Shown one piece after another: positions 1-9,191 of a stretch of DNA of 64,000 nucleotides. The stretch is taken from NCBI GenBank assembly GCA_048885525.1, contig JBHLLP010000015.1:6348-70347 (forward strand). Direction: 5' to 3'. The position numbers were made by a program, and so were the translations under genes. The notes under the pieces are model-generated. The model saw nothing but the letters and a program-made list of their open reading frames with translations. It made no database searches and was not told the origin of the DNA. The stretch comes from Candidatus Hermodarchaeota archaeon (GTDB lineage: Archaea > Asgardarchaeota > Lokiarchaeia > Sigyniarchaeales > SOKP01). Within the stretch, counting starts at the first letter, position 1, and the number at the start of each line of letters is the position of its first letter.

Positions 1-117
1 TTACCACCCTTGAATTGTCTATTTCTTATTACATATTAAAGTGCTAAAAAAATCAATTTTAATCTGCCAATTAACATTTATAATAAAGAAATAGAAAAAA
101 ATTTTCTTAATTATATT

Positions 118-1296
118 TTAATCTAAAACTTCAATATCCAGTTGATCAATAATTTCCATTAAATCAAGAACCTCCAACTCAAAATTGTAATTATCATTAG
201 CATCACTTAAATTGGTTCTGCAAAATGGACATGTTGAAGATATTACTGTTGCACCAGTCTCTTTAGCTTCTTCTAATCTTTCTTTAGAAACTTCTACTGC
301 CCAATCAGGATACCCAATTTTAACACCTCCACCTGCACCACAACACCATGCAAAATTTCTATTTCTTTTCATTTCTACAAGCTTAAGACCTGGGATTTTT
401 TTGTATATATCTCTTGGAATTTCATAAATTCCCATATGACGCCCAAGGTGACAAGGATCATGGTAAGTAACTGTTTTACTATACTCCGATTTGAATTTTA
501 ATTTATTATCATCAATTAATTGTTTTAACAATTCTATGGTATGTAATACTTTAAAGTCATATTCTTCTCCAAATCTCTCGAAATCATTCTTTAAAGTTTT
601 ATAACAACCAGCACAAGAAGTTATTACATTTTTAGCACCTATATTCTTTATTTGTGTGATATTATAATTCATATAATCTTTACAAAGAATTATTTGACCA
701 GTTCTTATCATCGGACTTGTACAACAATGCTCATCGATTAATGTAAAACTAATACCGACTTTTTTTAAAAACCTTATAGTTGAATCTCTTAGGTTTTGTT
801 GACGATAATTTGATGTACATCCTATATAATATACCCACTCAGCTTTATCTGGTAATTCATATTTTTGTTTTAAATCTTGATTATCTGAATTAGGTTCTCC
901 ATAAGGATTGCAGCTCTCTTCGCATCGTGAAACAAGAGATTCTTGATTTTTTGCTGGTCCTATATGTCTTACTGCTAATTCTCTCAGTGCTTCAATCATA
1001 TTAACGATATTATCTGCATGAGGGGCTTGACATGCATCGATACAAGCACCACACGTAGGGCATGCAAATATTGGATCTTTAAGATCTTCATTCCATTCTA
1101 ATTCTCCAAGCAATAATCCTCTAATAGTTCTTATTCGCCCAGAAGCCCAATATGATTCAAATAAAAATTTTTCTCCTGATGGGCATGAACGATCAAAATC
1201 CTTATATGAATATTTACATGTTGAACATTTGATACAATAATCAAAAGCCATCTCCAAGAATTCTTTACCGATTAAACTTTTATCAATTTCAACCAT
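118..1296 (-). CDS. (Fe-S)-binding oxidoreductase, GlcF/HdrD-like with two CCG domains
   Basis: N-terminal CxxCxxC...CP and CPTCGACIDAC ferredoxin-type motifs; CCG-domain motifs YIGC, HCCTSP, TSCAGC, YHDPCHLGR, WCCGAGGG, STCPFC. Confidence 0.9.
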   Translation of the reverse strand: MVEIDKSLIGKEFLEMAFDYCIKCSTCKYSYKDFDRSCPSGEKFLFESYWASGRIRTIRGLLLGELEWNEDLKDPIFACPTCGACIDACQAPHADNIVNMIEALRELAVRHIGPAKNQESLVSRCEESCNPYGEPNSDNQDLKQKYELPDKAEWVYYIGCTSNYRQQNLRDSTIRFLKKVGISFTLIDEHCCTSPMIRTGQIILCKDYMNYNITQIKNIGAKNVITSCAGCYKTLKNDFERFGEEYDFKVLHTIELLKQLIDDNKLKFKSEYSKTVTYHDPCHLGRHMGIYEIPRDIYKKIPGLKLVEMKRNRNFAWCCGAGGGVKIGYPDWAVEVSKERLEEAKETGATVISSTCPFCRTNLSDANDNYNFELEVLDLMEIIDQLDIEVLD

Positions 1297-2775
1297 TTAT
1301 GTGTTCCACCTTCCTGGATTAAATATATTGTTTGGATCCATACAATTCTTTATTTTATCGAATAATTTTAACCAACCTGGATTTATTTTCTTACGCATTT
1401 TAGCAGTCATCCAAGTAGGAGTTTTATACGGGATACATCCCATATCCAAACAAAAATCAGTCATTTCTTCTAATATTTGATGTACTTTCTCTTCTTCTTT
1501 AAATTTATCGTAGGGAATTATTGGACGAAAAATACCATAGTGAGCGTATTTCATAATTTTCCCATAAATAATAGGACTATGGTAATCATATTTTTGAAAA
1601 ATCTCATCAATCCTTTCTATTAATACTTCAAATTTATGAGTTGGACAATAACTTCCAAACCAAGTAATTCCAGATTTTGATACGGTTGCCAAGAGAACTG
1701 CTGGTAAATCGTATGCAACTCGAATTTTTAAACTTAATAACTTAGAAAAGTCATCAAAATCAGTTAAAACAATTTTTTTTCCTTTTTTATTTAAACTATC
1801 AATAATTTCGAATAAATATTTCTTTTTAGCATTAAAAAGATCTTCTGTTTTTGTAGATATTGACATAATAACAACAAAATTAGGTTCTTCAGGAAACTTT
1901 TTTGGATTTTCAATACCTAGATTTAATTTAACAGATTGAATATTAAAAAATGACATATCATCAACAACTTCAGATCTTCCTACGTCTCTAAGAAGATCTG
2001 CAATATCAGTTAATCCAAATACGATTGCTACATAAGCTTTTTGAAATTGATCATTTGGCCATAATTGAACAGCACACTTTGTTACTAATCCTGTCATTCC
2101 TTGCCAATTCACAAATAATCCCAACAAGTCAGGCATTGGATAACGAGACCACCATGAATCTGGATCTGAATCCCCCTTACCATAAAAACAAGATCCTATT
2201 CTTACAATATCTCCTTCTGCTGTAATAATTTCTAAACCATTTATAGAATCTCCCATTGAACCAATTTTACAGGATAAATTATTCATTCCACTTAAAATAG
2301 CATTCCCTACTACCCCAGCATAAGGAGGAGCATAAGGATAACTATATCTTAAGTTAGGATAATTCTCATCCAAATATTTTTTTAATTGACCGAAAGTCAC
2401 GCCAGGCTCAAGTAGAACATACATCATGTTTTCATTAACATGTAAAATCCTATTCATTTTTTTTCCAAAATCTACTATAATTCCTCCCTGTTCTGGAATA
2501 GTTAAACCTCCTACGTTATTACCACTTATATACGGTACAATAGGAATTAGATTTGTATTACAAAACTTAACTAACTTAATTAATTGATCCCTATTTTCTG
2601 GAACAACTATAAAATCAGGCATATGTGGTTCACACTCTGTCATATCATAAGAATAGGGATACAAATCTACTTCTTTATCAGAAACGCTTTCTTCTCCAAA
2701 AATTTCTACCAATTTCTTATGAACATCATTCTTATTAACTTTTTCAAAAATATTTCTTTCCTTTATGACTGTCAT
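1297..2775 (-). CDS. FAD-binding oxidoreductase, GlcD/D-lactate dehydrogenase (VAO/PCMH) family
   Basis: PDFIVVP, GNNVGG, EPGVTFGQL, C-terminal DPNNIFNPG; directly abuts the GlcF-like gene. Confidence 0.88.
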   Translation of the reverse strand: MTVIKERNIFEKVNKNDVHKKLVEIFGEESVSDKEVDLYPYSYDMTECEPHMPDFIVVPENRDQLIKLVKFCNTNLIPIVPYISGNNVGGLTIPEQGGIIVDFGKKMNRILHVNENMMYVLLEPGVTFGQLKKYLDENYPNLRYSYPYAPPYAGVVGNAILSGMNNLSCKIGSMGDSINGLEIITAEGDIVRIGSCFYGKGDSDPDSWWSRYPMPDLLGLFVNWQGMTGLVTKCAVQLWPNDQFQKAYVAIVFGLTDIADLLRDVGRSEVVDDMSFFNIQSVKLNLGIENPKKFPEEPNFVVIMSISTKTEDLFNAKKKYLFEIIDSLNKKGKKIVLTDFDDFSKLLSLKIRVAYDLPAVLLATVSKSGITWFGSYCPTHKFEVLIERIDEIFQKYDYHSPIIYGKIMKYAHYGIFRPIIPYDKFKEEEKVHQILEEMTDFCLDMGCIPYKTPTWMTAKMRKKINPGWLKLFDKIKNCMDPNNIFNPGRWNT

Positions 2776-2790
2776 ATATATTATCTCTCT

Positions 2791-3213
2791 TTATTTTGTT
2801 TTTTTATTAAGTTCAAAATAATTAACATTAGGTTCATTAGCTACTTTCTGCATAGAAGCTAAAAAAATATTATAAAATTTTACCAAATTTCCGCTATCAT
2901 TACCTAAACCTTCTAATTCCATAATTCCTTTTTGTACTGCAAGGAGTGGATCTTCTCTTCCATATGCAATGTCTAACATCGCTTGTAATCCAAGCCTCAG
3001 TTTAATATCTGCTTCCTTATCTTCTCCAACTTGAAATTGAATATTATCACCTTTAAAAATGATGGTAACAGAATAAAAAGGTTTTATTTCAAGTACAATT
3101 TTTTTATTCCAATCATGTACGTAAGTATAAAACTCTTTATCATCAATTCTAGAAGACAAAATATTAGATATTGCTAATGAAATAATATCTTCGGGTTCTT
3201 GGATTGAAATCAT
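2791..3213 (-). CDS. SCP2 sterol/lipid-binding domain protein
   Basis: ADIKLRLG...IAYGREDPLLAVQKGIMELEG matches the SCP2 pattern; first gene of the SCP2-GlcD-GlcF unit. Confidence 0.7.
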   Translation of the reverse strand: MISIQEPEDIISLAISNILSSRIDDKEFYTYVHDWNKKIVLEIKPFYSVTIIFKGDNIQFQVGEDKEADIKLRLGLQAMLDIAYGREDPLLAVQKGIMELEGLGNDSGNLVKFYNIFLASMQKVANEPNVNYFELNKKTK

Positions 3214-3329
3214 AACATAACTCCCTAATAAATTGAATTTAATATAAGAGTAAATTTTACTTAAGATTATAAATATTTAATTATTTTGAAATTAAAATCA
3301 TTGTTATCTTGTAGATTTTTCTGTAAAAT

Positions 3330-4097
3330 TTGATAAATAAAGAAATTATTGGAAATATAAGGCAATTTATTATTAACGAAAATAGAAAAGGAAAATTATT
3401 AACTTATTACAAAGTTAAATCTGATCTAATTACATATTTTAAAAATCAAGGAATTAAGGTTGGTTTAGAAGAAAATAAGGAGATAATTCTCCAAGAAGAG
3501 ACTCATTTAGAGCTTGGTGGAATGGAAAGACGTTCATTTTCAATAGTTTATCCAATTAACGACTCAAATCTTATTGATGATGGGAATATTATAATATTAG
3601 GACCCGAAACACATCAAATTTTAGAAAAAAATGTTGATTTTGGACTATTTATTATAATTGGAGTCAGGAGTCTTTCTAAAAAAGATTATAATGAAATAAA
3701 GTCATTGAATTTCTTATCAAATGGAATAGAAGGATTCTCAATAAGAACAATTCCTCGTAGATTTTGGTGTAGAATTAGTAAAGAAGTCTTTAAGAAGGAC
3801 TTTTCATTTGAGTTTCTAACAAATGCTATTATTTATCTTTATAGGCAGAAATTTAAAGATCTAATTGAGAATATAGAAATAATTATTATTTGTTCATATC
3901 CCGATTCTATAGAGAATTTTATTGAAATCTCTTCTGATCTTACTGATAAATTTCGAGAACAATTTAAAGCTAAAATTGATGAATGGAAAAAAAGGATCGA
4001 TTGTGAATATGATTGGGGCTGTGAAATTTGTCCTTATCAAGAAGAATGCTATAATATTAAACAAGTGTTAGTGGAGAGAGAAAGAATTGGAGAATAA
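3330..4097 (+). CDS. Truncated acetyl-CoA synthase (CdhC/AcsB) middle-domain-like protein with C-terminal Cys cluster
   Basis: LELGG..SF, DG.IIILGP, RFWCRISKEVFKKDFSF resemble the ACS beta middle domain; ends C-x5-CxxC-x5-C; overlaps cooC. Confidence 0.7.
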   Translation: MINKEIIGNIRQFIINENRKGKLLTYYKVKSDLITYFKNQGIKVGLEENKEIILQEETHLELGGMERRSFSIVYPINDSNLIDDGNIIILGPETHQILEKNVDFGLFIIIGVRSLSKKDYNEIKSLNFLSNGIEGFSIRTIPRRFWCRISKEVFKKDFSFEFLTNAIIYLYRQKFKDLIENIEIIIICSYPDSIENFIEISSDLTDKFREQFKAKIDEWKKRIDCEYDWGCEICPYQEECYNIKQVLVERERIGE

Positions 4098-4869
4098 GCC
4101 TATTGTAATATCAATTGTTGGAAAGGGTGGTTCTGGTAAAACCGTTGTTACTGCTCTTTTGGCAAAAATTATTTCAAAAAAGCATAAATCTAAGATGTTA
4201 TTAATCGATGCTGATCCTACACATCCACATTTAAGTTATTCTGTAAATTTAGTGCCAGAAAAAAGTCTTGAGAAATTGAGAACTGAAGTAATAGATGAAA
4301 TTTTATCTAGAGCAAAAGATTTTGAAGCAGTAGCAGAAAACATTGACTTTGAAGTGTACAATGCTATATCTGAAAATAAAGATTTTAGTTTATTTTCTAT
4401 AGGTCAACCTGAGGGACCTGGTTGTTTTTGTCCATCAAATACTCTATTAAGAAAGGTTATTGGTTCTATTTCTAAAGATTTTGATTTGGTATTAATTGAC
4501 TGTGAAGCGGGGCTTGAACAAATTAATCGGATGGTAATAGAAACTGTTGATATTCTTTTAATTGTTTCAGATATTTCAATAAGGAGTATTGAAACCGCCG
4601 ATGCTATTCGAAAAAGTGCAAAGAAATTTACTAAATACAAAAAGCTTGGCATTATCTTGAATAGAGTTAAAGGAAATATTGATTATATTCTCAAAAAGCT
4701 AAATGATCTTAAATTACCCCTTTTAGTGGAAATCCCAGAAGATAATAATATAACTAAATTAGAAGTAATGGGGAAATCACTAATAAACATCTCTGGAAAT
4801 TCAAAAAGCTATTTAGCTGTTAATAAATTAGCAAAAATAATATTGAATCCAGACTTTTTAAATGATTAA
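4087..4869 (+). CDS. cooC: CooC/AcsF-type Ni-insertion ATPase (MinD/SIMIBI)
   Basis: GKGGSGKT deviant Walker A, IDADP, GPGCFC metal motif, IDCEAGLE. Confidence 0.9.
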   Translation: MENKPIVISIVGKGGSGKTVVTALLAKIISKKHKSKMLLIDADPTHPHLSYSVNLVPEKSLEKLRTEVIDEILSRAKDFEAVAENIDFEVYNAISENKDFSLFSIGQPEGPGCFCPSNTLLRKVIGSISKDFDLVLIDCEAGLEQINRMVIETVDILLIVSDISIRSIETADAIRKSAKKFTKYKKLGIILNRVKGNIDYILKKLNDLKLPLLVEIPEDNNITKLEVMGKSLINISGNSKSYLAVNKLAKIILNPDFLND

Positions 4870-4983
4870 ACATTTTAATTTAGGTATAGCGAATTTTTTA
4901 TAAAGAAAAATGATTTAATTTTACTTATAATCCAATTTAATATTCCTATAAAAACCTATAAAGTTTATGGATTAAAGAAATCT

Positions 4984-6705
4984 ATGACGCTAAATACTAA
5001 AAAAGTCCTTATAATTTATTTTTTAATATCCTTATCTTCCTCCATTATTGAAATTATCTTTCTAAAATCGTTTTTTTTTAGTTTTTGGATAACTTACATT
5101 GGGGTTTTCTTCACAGGGCATTTTATTAGACGAGCGATTAATGATTTCTTTAAACAATTTCACATAAAAAAGGTTTTAAGATCCTTAATAACTCCTTGGA
5201 TTATGTTCGGGCTTGTTATCCTTTATGTACAGCTCTATTTTATATCGGATTTATTGACAAGAGGCAAAGGTTACTTAGGATTTAATCCCATAAGTCTTTT
5301 TATTTTTTTTTTAGGATTAATTATTTTGGTATTAATATCTATAAATCCTTTTATCAGAATTATTGCTGTTGCTTTCCATAGAAGAAAATCAAATTTATTT
5401 CCAATAAATAGAGTTGAGTATGTTGCAATGGAACATTTAAAAAGATCAACCGAAAATCGTCTCATATTTTCTGAATTGAAAAATCGAATAAAAGGAACTT
5501 TTAATATCTTTATACCTGACGTATATTTTGACGAAGAAACTTCAATATCTAGTATTTATCATTTATGTGGACTTAGATTAGCTGACATTAATGATAATAT
5601 TGTTAGATTAAATCAAGAAGGTCAAAAACAAGAAAAAATTTGGAATGACACACTTAATAATCAAAATGTCAAATTCAATAAGATTTTAACTAGTAGTAGT
5701 GTTCTTATAAAATCATTTATTGGGTTATTCATATTAAGTCTTCTTAAAATTTTTATAGGATTATTTAATTCCGAATCACTAACAGCAGAGGGATTTGAGA
5801 ATTTTCTAGACTGTATTGCTGTTATATTAATCGGAATTGGTATTAAATACAAGAAAGAAAAACTTGTCAACATTATTTTAATTAGCTTAATGGCTTTCGC
5901 TGGTGGTTCTGTTTTATATAGTTCAATTGAATCCTTAATACTTGGCCCTACTCAAATTTCAAATTCTCTTATTATTATAATAATCGCTATGATATCAATT
6001 TTCCTGAACACATACATGAGAGCACTGAAAAATTTCGTTGGAAAGAAGAGTAGGAATTCCTCGTTGGTAGCGAGTGCTATAGATTCGAGAGTTAACATTA
6101 TGATTTCTATTGGAATAATTATAGGTGCGTTATTTTCAGATTTCGGTAGAACTATTAATGCCCCATTTCTTTATTACTTAGACCCAATTATAGCAATTGT
6201 CATATGTTTCTTTATCTTTAAAGAAGTAATTGAAATTTTTCAAGAATTTATTACTGGAAAAGAAGAAGATATCGAATTAAGAAGTTTTCAAATGACTTAT
6301 GAAGAAAATTTTAAGGAATACATTGTTAAGTGGATTCTTACAGTTTTTTATAACATTGAGCAAAAATCTTTTACTAGTGAACAATTAGACCAATTATTTC
6401 AAGATTCCTTAAGTAAAGGAGATACAATATATACAGATTTATCTCATTTTGGCTTACACACATTTAAAGAGGAAGGATTAGCTTCTATAATTAATAATCT
6501 TATTGATCTTGGTCTTTTAATTCAAATTAATAGCAATAACATAAAAATAACAGAAAAAGGAAATTACATGTATGAAAATTTATATTCAAAACCACTTTTG
6601 GATGATATTAAGGATCCTTTCGATTTCTTTTTCGAACAGAAATATGATTTTGATAGTTTAATAAATAGAAAGCAAGAATTATTAGAGAACTATTCAATTA
6701 TTTGA
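4984..6705 (+). CDS. Cation diffusion facilitator (CDF)-like membrane protein flanked by two putative winged-helix domains
   Basis: SESLTAEGFENFLD, SSLVASAIDSRVN and LDPIIAIVI resemble CDF TM2/TM5/TM6; wHTH-like ends RLADINDNIVRLNQEG and LIDLGLLIQINSNNIKITEKG. Confidence 0.65.
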   Translation: MTLNTKKVLIIYFLISLSSSIIEIIFLKSFFFSFWITYIGVFFTGHFIRRAINDFFKQFHIKKVLRSLITPWIMFGLVILYVQLYFISDLLTRGKGYLGFNPISLFIFFLGLIILVLISINPFIRIIAVAFHRRKSNLFPINRVEYVAMEHLKRSTENRLIFSELKNRIKGTFNIFIPDVYFDEETSISSIYHLCGLRLADINDNIVRLNQEGQKQEKIWNDTLNNQNVKFNKILTSSSVLIKSFIGLFILSLLKIFIGLFNSESLTAEGFENFLDCIAVILIGIGIKYKKEKLVNIILISLMAFAGGSVLYSSIESLILGPTQISNSLIIIIIAMISIFLNTYMRALKNFVGKKSRNSSLVASAIDSRVNIMISIGIIIGALFSDFGRTINAPFLYYLDPIIAIVICFFIFKEVIEIFQEFITGKEEDIELRSFQMTYEENFKEYIVKWILTVFYNIEQKSFTSEQLDQLFQDSLSKGDTIYTDLSHFGLHTFKEEGLASIINNLIDLGLLIQINSNNIKITEKGNYMYENLYSKPLLDDIKDPFDFFFEQKYDFDSLINRKQELLENYSII

Positions 6706-6718
6706 TTCTTTTTTATAT

Positions 6719-9121
6719 TCAAACTTTTAACGTTTTTATCTTCCATGCACCAATTCTTACATTATTTGAATCTACAGATGATAATATATTATAATTAAAA
6801 TCGATCTCTTTTACCTGGTTTTTCATTAATTTCCCACTTATTTTAATTGAACACTCTTTATTATATGGATTAAATAACCTTAGAAAGTAGTCATTATCAC
6901 GCCTCCAAAGATTCACAACAGAAATAGGGGGTTCTATTGATAAGAATTTATCAGAAATATTTGTAAAATGAAAATTCTCCTCAATATTAATTGCTAAAAA
7001 TTTGTAATAATAGGAATTTACATAATACAAGGGAGAAATTGAATCATTTTCATCTGTTATTGATATGGCAAATTCATATTTTCCTTTCCTTGAGATAATA
7101 TTTCGAATTTCAAAACTTTCACGATTAATTTCAAATATCTGACTGTTTTTTTGAATATAAATAATACCTTGAGCTGAACCTTTTAACCACATAAAATCTA
7201 AAGTTTGAATTTTCGATCTTTTTGTCTCTTCAATCCCAAAAGGATAATTTATGATTGATTTTTTTATTTCAAACTTCGGTATAAGTATTATTTCTTGTAA
7301 TGATTGTGAATCTATAAAAAATTCAAGTCTATTTACTTCTCTATATTGAACTAAATCAATTTTGAAGGCTTGATTTTTTAAATTTCCAATTATTATATTT
7401 CTTTCTTCGACGATATCTTTAAAATGGTCTTCTAAGTGTAATTTATAATCTTGTTTGGTTTTAAATTTTAATTCAAAAACATCTGTTTTGTTAAATTTAA
7501 TTTGGATTGTCTTTAAATCATTTAGGATCTCTACTTTATAAAAAAAGGATAATTCTTTTGTAGTTTCTTGCATTTTTTCTTCAGGGTATGATAAAACTTT
7601 ATAGCCATATCCAGAAATATTCTCAACAGCCTTAAAAGTTAAATCTTGATTAGAATAAATTGAGATTATATCATATCTGGTGTAGGGTGTTGGATTAAAC
7701 ACTAAAAATCTTTTAGATAATTGTTTAGATCCGTTTATTTTCTGTCCTAATTCATTAGCTATATATGAAAGTGACTTAATGATAAAAATTCGGCATTTTT
7801 CCTGTATTTCCTCATGGATTTGAATACTTAGGTCTGAAATTGATATATTAGATGTTTTCTGTTCTAACTTTTCAAATTCTTCATTACCTAATTGAAGTTG
7901 AGTATAATCTCCTGATCGTATATGAGGAACAGCATAACAATCATGAGCTTGAATAAGTAGAAGATTCTTCCAAAGATCTTCAAAAAATCTATCATTACTT
8001 TTAATATTGACAAAACCTAAAATAAAATTAATAAATTCTGCAGATAACAGTAATATTTCAGAATTTTTATTGTGAAGAAACAGTTTAGCCGGTAAAAATA
8101 TATGACCACCAAGTAAAAATTCATCTCTACAATATTTATATTCACCATTTTTATCAATTAATTTAAAGAATTCAGAACACCGTAAAAATCTACCAAAAAT
8201 CTCTGAAATATTGGAAACACGCCAAACTACTTCTTGATAGGGTTCAGGATTCCTGAAATCCTCAAGATTAGAATAGATAACGTATTCCATAAAAGGACGC
8301 GCAACTGCTTGAAATAAAAGGTTTGGAATTTCTTTAAAGAAGGTTCCATGCCAATATTCTCCATTAAAAACACCAGATTGATCAACTATTGCATCAATAG
8401 AGCTATTATCTAATCCAATCCAATTTATATATGCTGAATTAGATGTTGGATTAACTCCTAATAATCGAGTTCTCAAAGAAGAATATTCAATATTAAATCC
8501 CTTTAGAATTTGAGGTATTTGCGGATGGATTGAGCTTTCTGAACAATAGTATATATTAGAATCTAAACCTAATTTTTTTAGTTCCTTGAAGCCATATTCA
8601 AATTGTTTTATATTTGATTCAGGGCCGATAATTAAATTATAAGGTTGTGAAAAAGAAGGATTAATAATTTCAAATTTCCCATGTTTAAAAATACGCAAGA
8701 ACTCTCTTATTTTATCTGGATATTCCTCGTTTAACCATTCTAGACAAGAGATAGCAATTTCAAGATTATAAGGCATATTAGTTTCTACAGCTAATTTCAT
8801 TTTTTTTAACAATGTATCCATTGCCAACTTTGGAGAGTCAAATTCACAAAATCCAGTGTCGTTAATAATGATACCTCCATGCCCTCCAACAATGAAGTAA
8901 GTGTCTATAAACAAATCTTGTTTTATAAATGTATTTAATTTACGAATAATGCTTTTGTATAATTTAAGTTGCTTTTCTTCTTCCTTTATAACCTCTAATC
9001 TATGAACCTTCTCTAAAATCTTATTAAAATTGGTTTTTTTCTTTCTAATTATATTTTTTTCAACAAATTTTTCAACTAGATCAATTACCTTACCCAATGC
9101 TAATATGTCTTCTGATTTCAT
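6719..9121 (-). CDS. Divergent GH38 (alpha-mannosidase)/GH57-fold glycoside hydrolase
   Basis: GKFEII..SFSQP..LIIGPESNIKQF..G, HPQIPQILKGF, WIGLD, WKNLLLIQAHD, VFNP, LRLFNP typical of GH38 architecture. Confidence 0.7.
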   Translation of the reverse strand: MKSEDILALGKVIDLVEKFVEKNIIRKKKTNFNKILEKVHRLEVIKEEEKQLKLYKSIIRKLNTFIKQDLFIDTYFIVGGHGGIIINDTGFCEFDSPKLAMDTLLKKMKLAVETNMPYNLEIAISCLEWLNEEYPDKIREFLRIFKHGKFEIINPSFSQPYNLIIGPESNIKQFEYGFKELKKLGLDSNIYYCSESSIHPQIPQILKGFNIEYSSLRTRLLGVNPTSNSAYINWIGLDNSSIDAIVDQSGVFNGEYWHGTFFKEIPNLLFQAVARPFMEYVIYSNLEDFRNPEPYQEVVWRVSNISEIFGRFLRCSEFFKLIDKNGEYKYCRDEFLLGGHIFLPAKLFLHNKNSEILLLSAEFINFILGFVNIKSNDRFFEDLWKNLLLIQAHDCYAVPHIRSGDYTQLQLGNEEFEKLEQKTSNISISDLSIQIHEEIQEKCRIFIIKSLSYIANELGQKINGSKQLSKRFLVFNPTPYTRYDIISIYSNQDLTFKAVENISGYGYKVLSYPEEKMQETTKELSFFYKVEILNDLKTIQIKFNKTDVFELKFKTKQDYKLHLEDHFKDIVEERNIIIGNLKNQAFKIDLVQYREVNRLEFFIDSQSLQEIILIPKFEIKKSIINYPFGIEETKRSKIQTLDFMWLKGSAQGIIYIQKNSQIFEINRESFEIRNIISRKGKYEFAISITDENDSISPLYYVNSYYYKFLAINIEENFHFTNISDKFLSIEPPISVVNLWRRDNDYFLRLFNPYNKECSIKISGKLMKNQVKEIDFNYNILSSVDSNNVRIGAWKIKTLKV

Positions 9122-9191
9122 TTTCTAATCTTAGTTTGATTGAGAAGTAATTAAATTTAATTAAAAAAGAAAATAATAAATAAATTTTATG

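Noticed and set aside
118-4869. Selenocysteine (in-frame TGA) recoding in the Fe-S/Hdr-like and ACS-like genes
   Set aside because: These ORFs are complete with Cys at motif positions; I saw no TGA-ended ORF continuing into a recognisable domain
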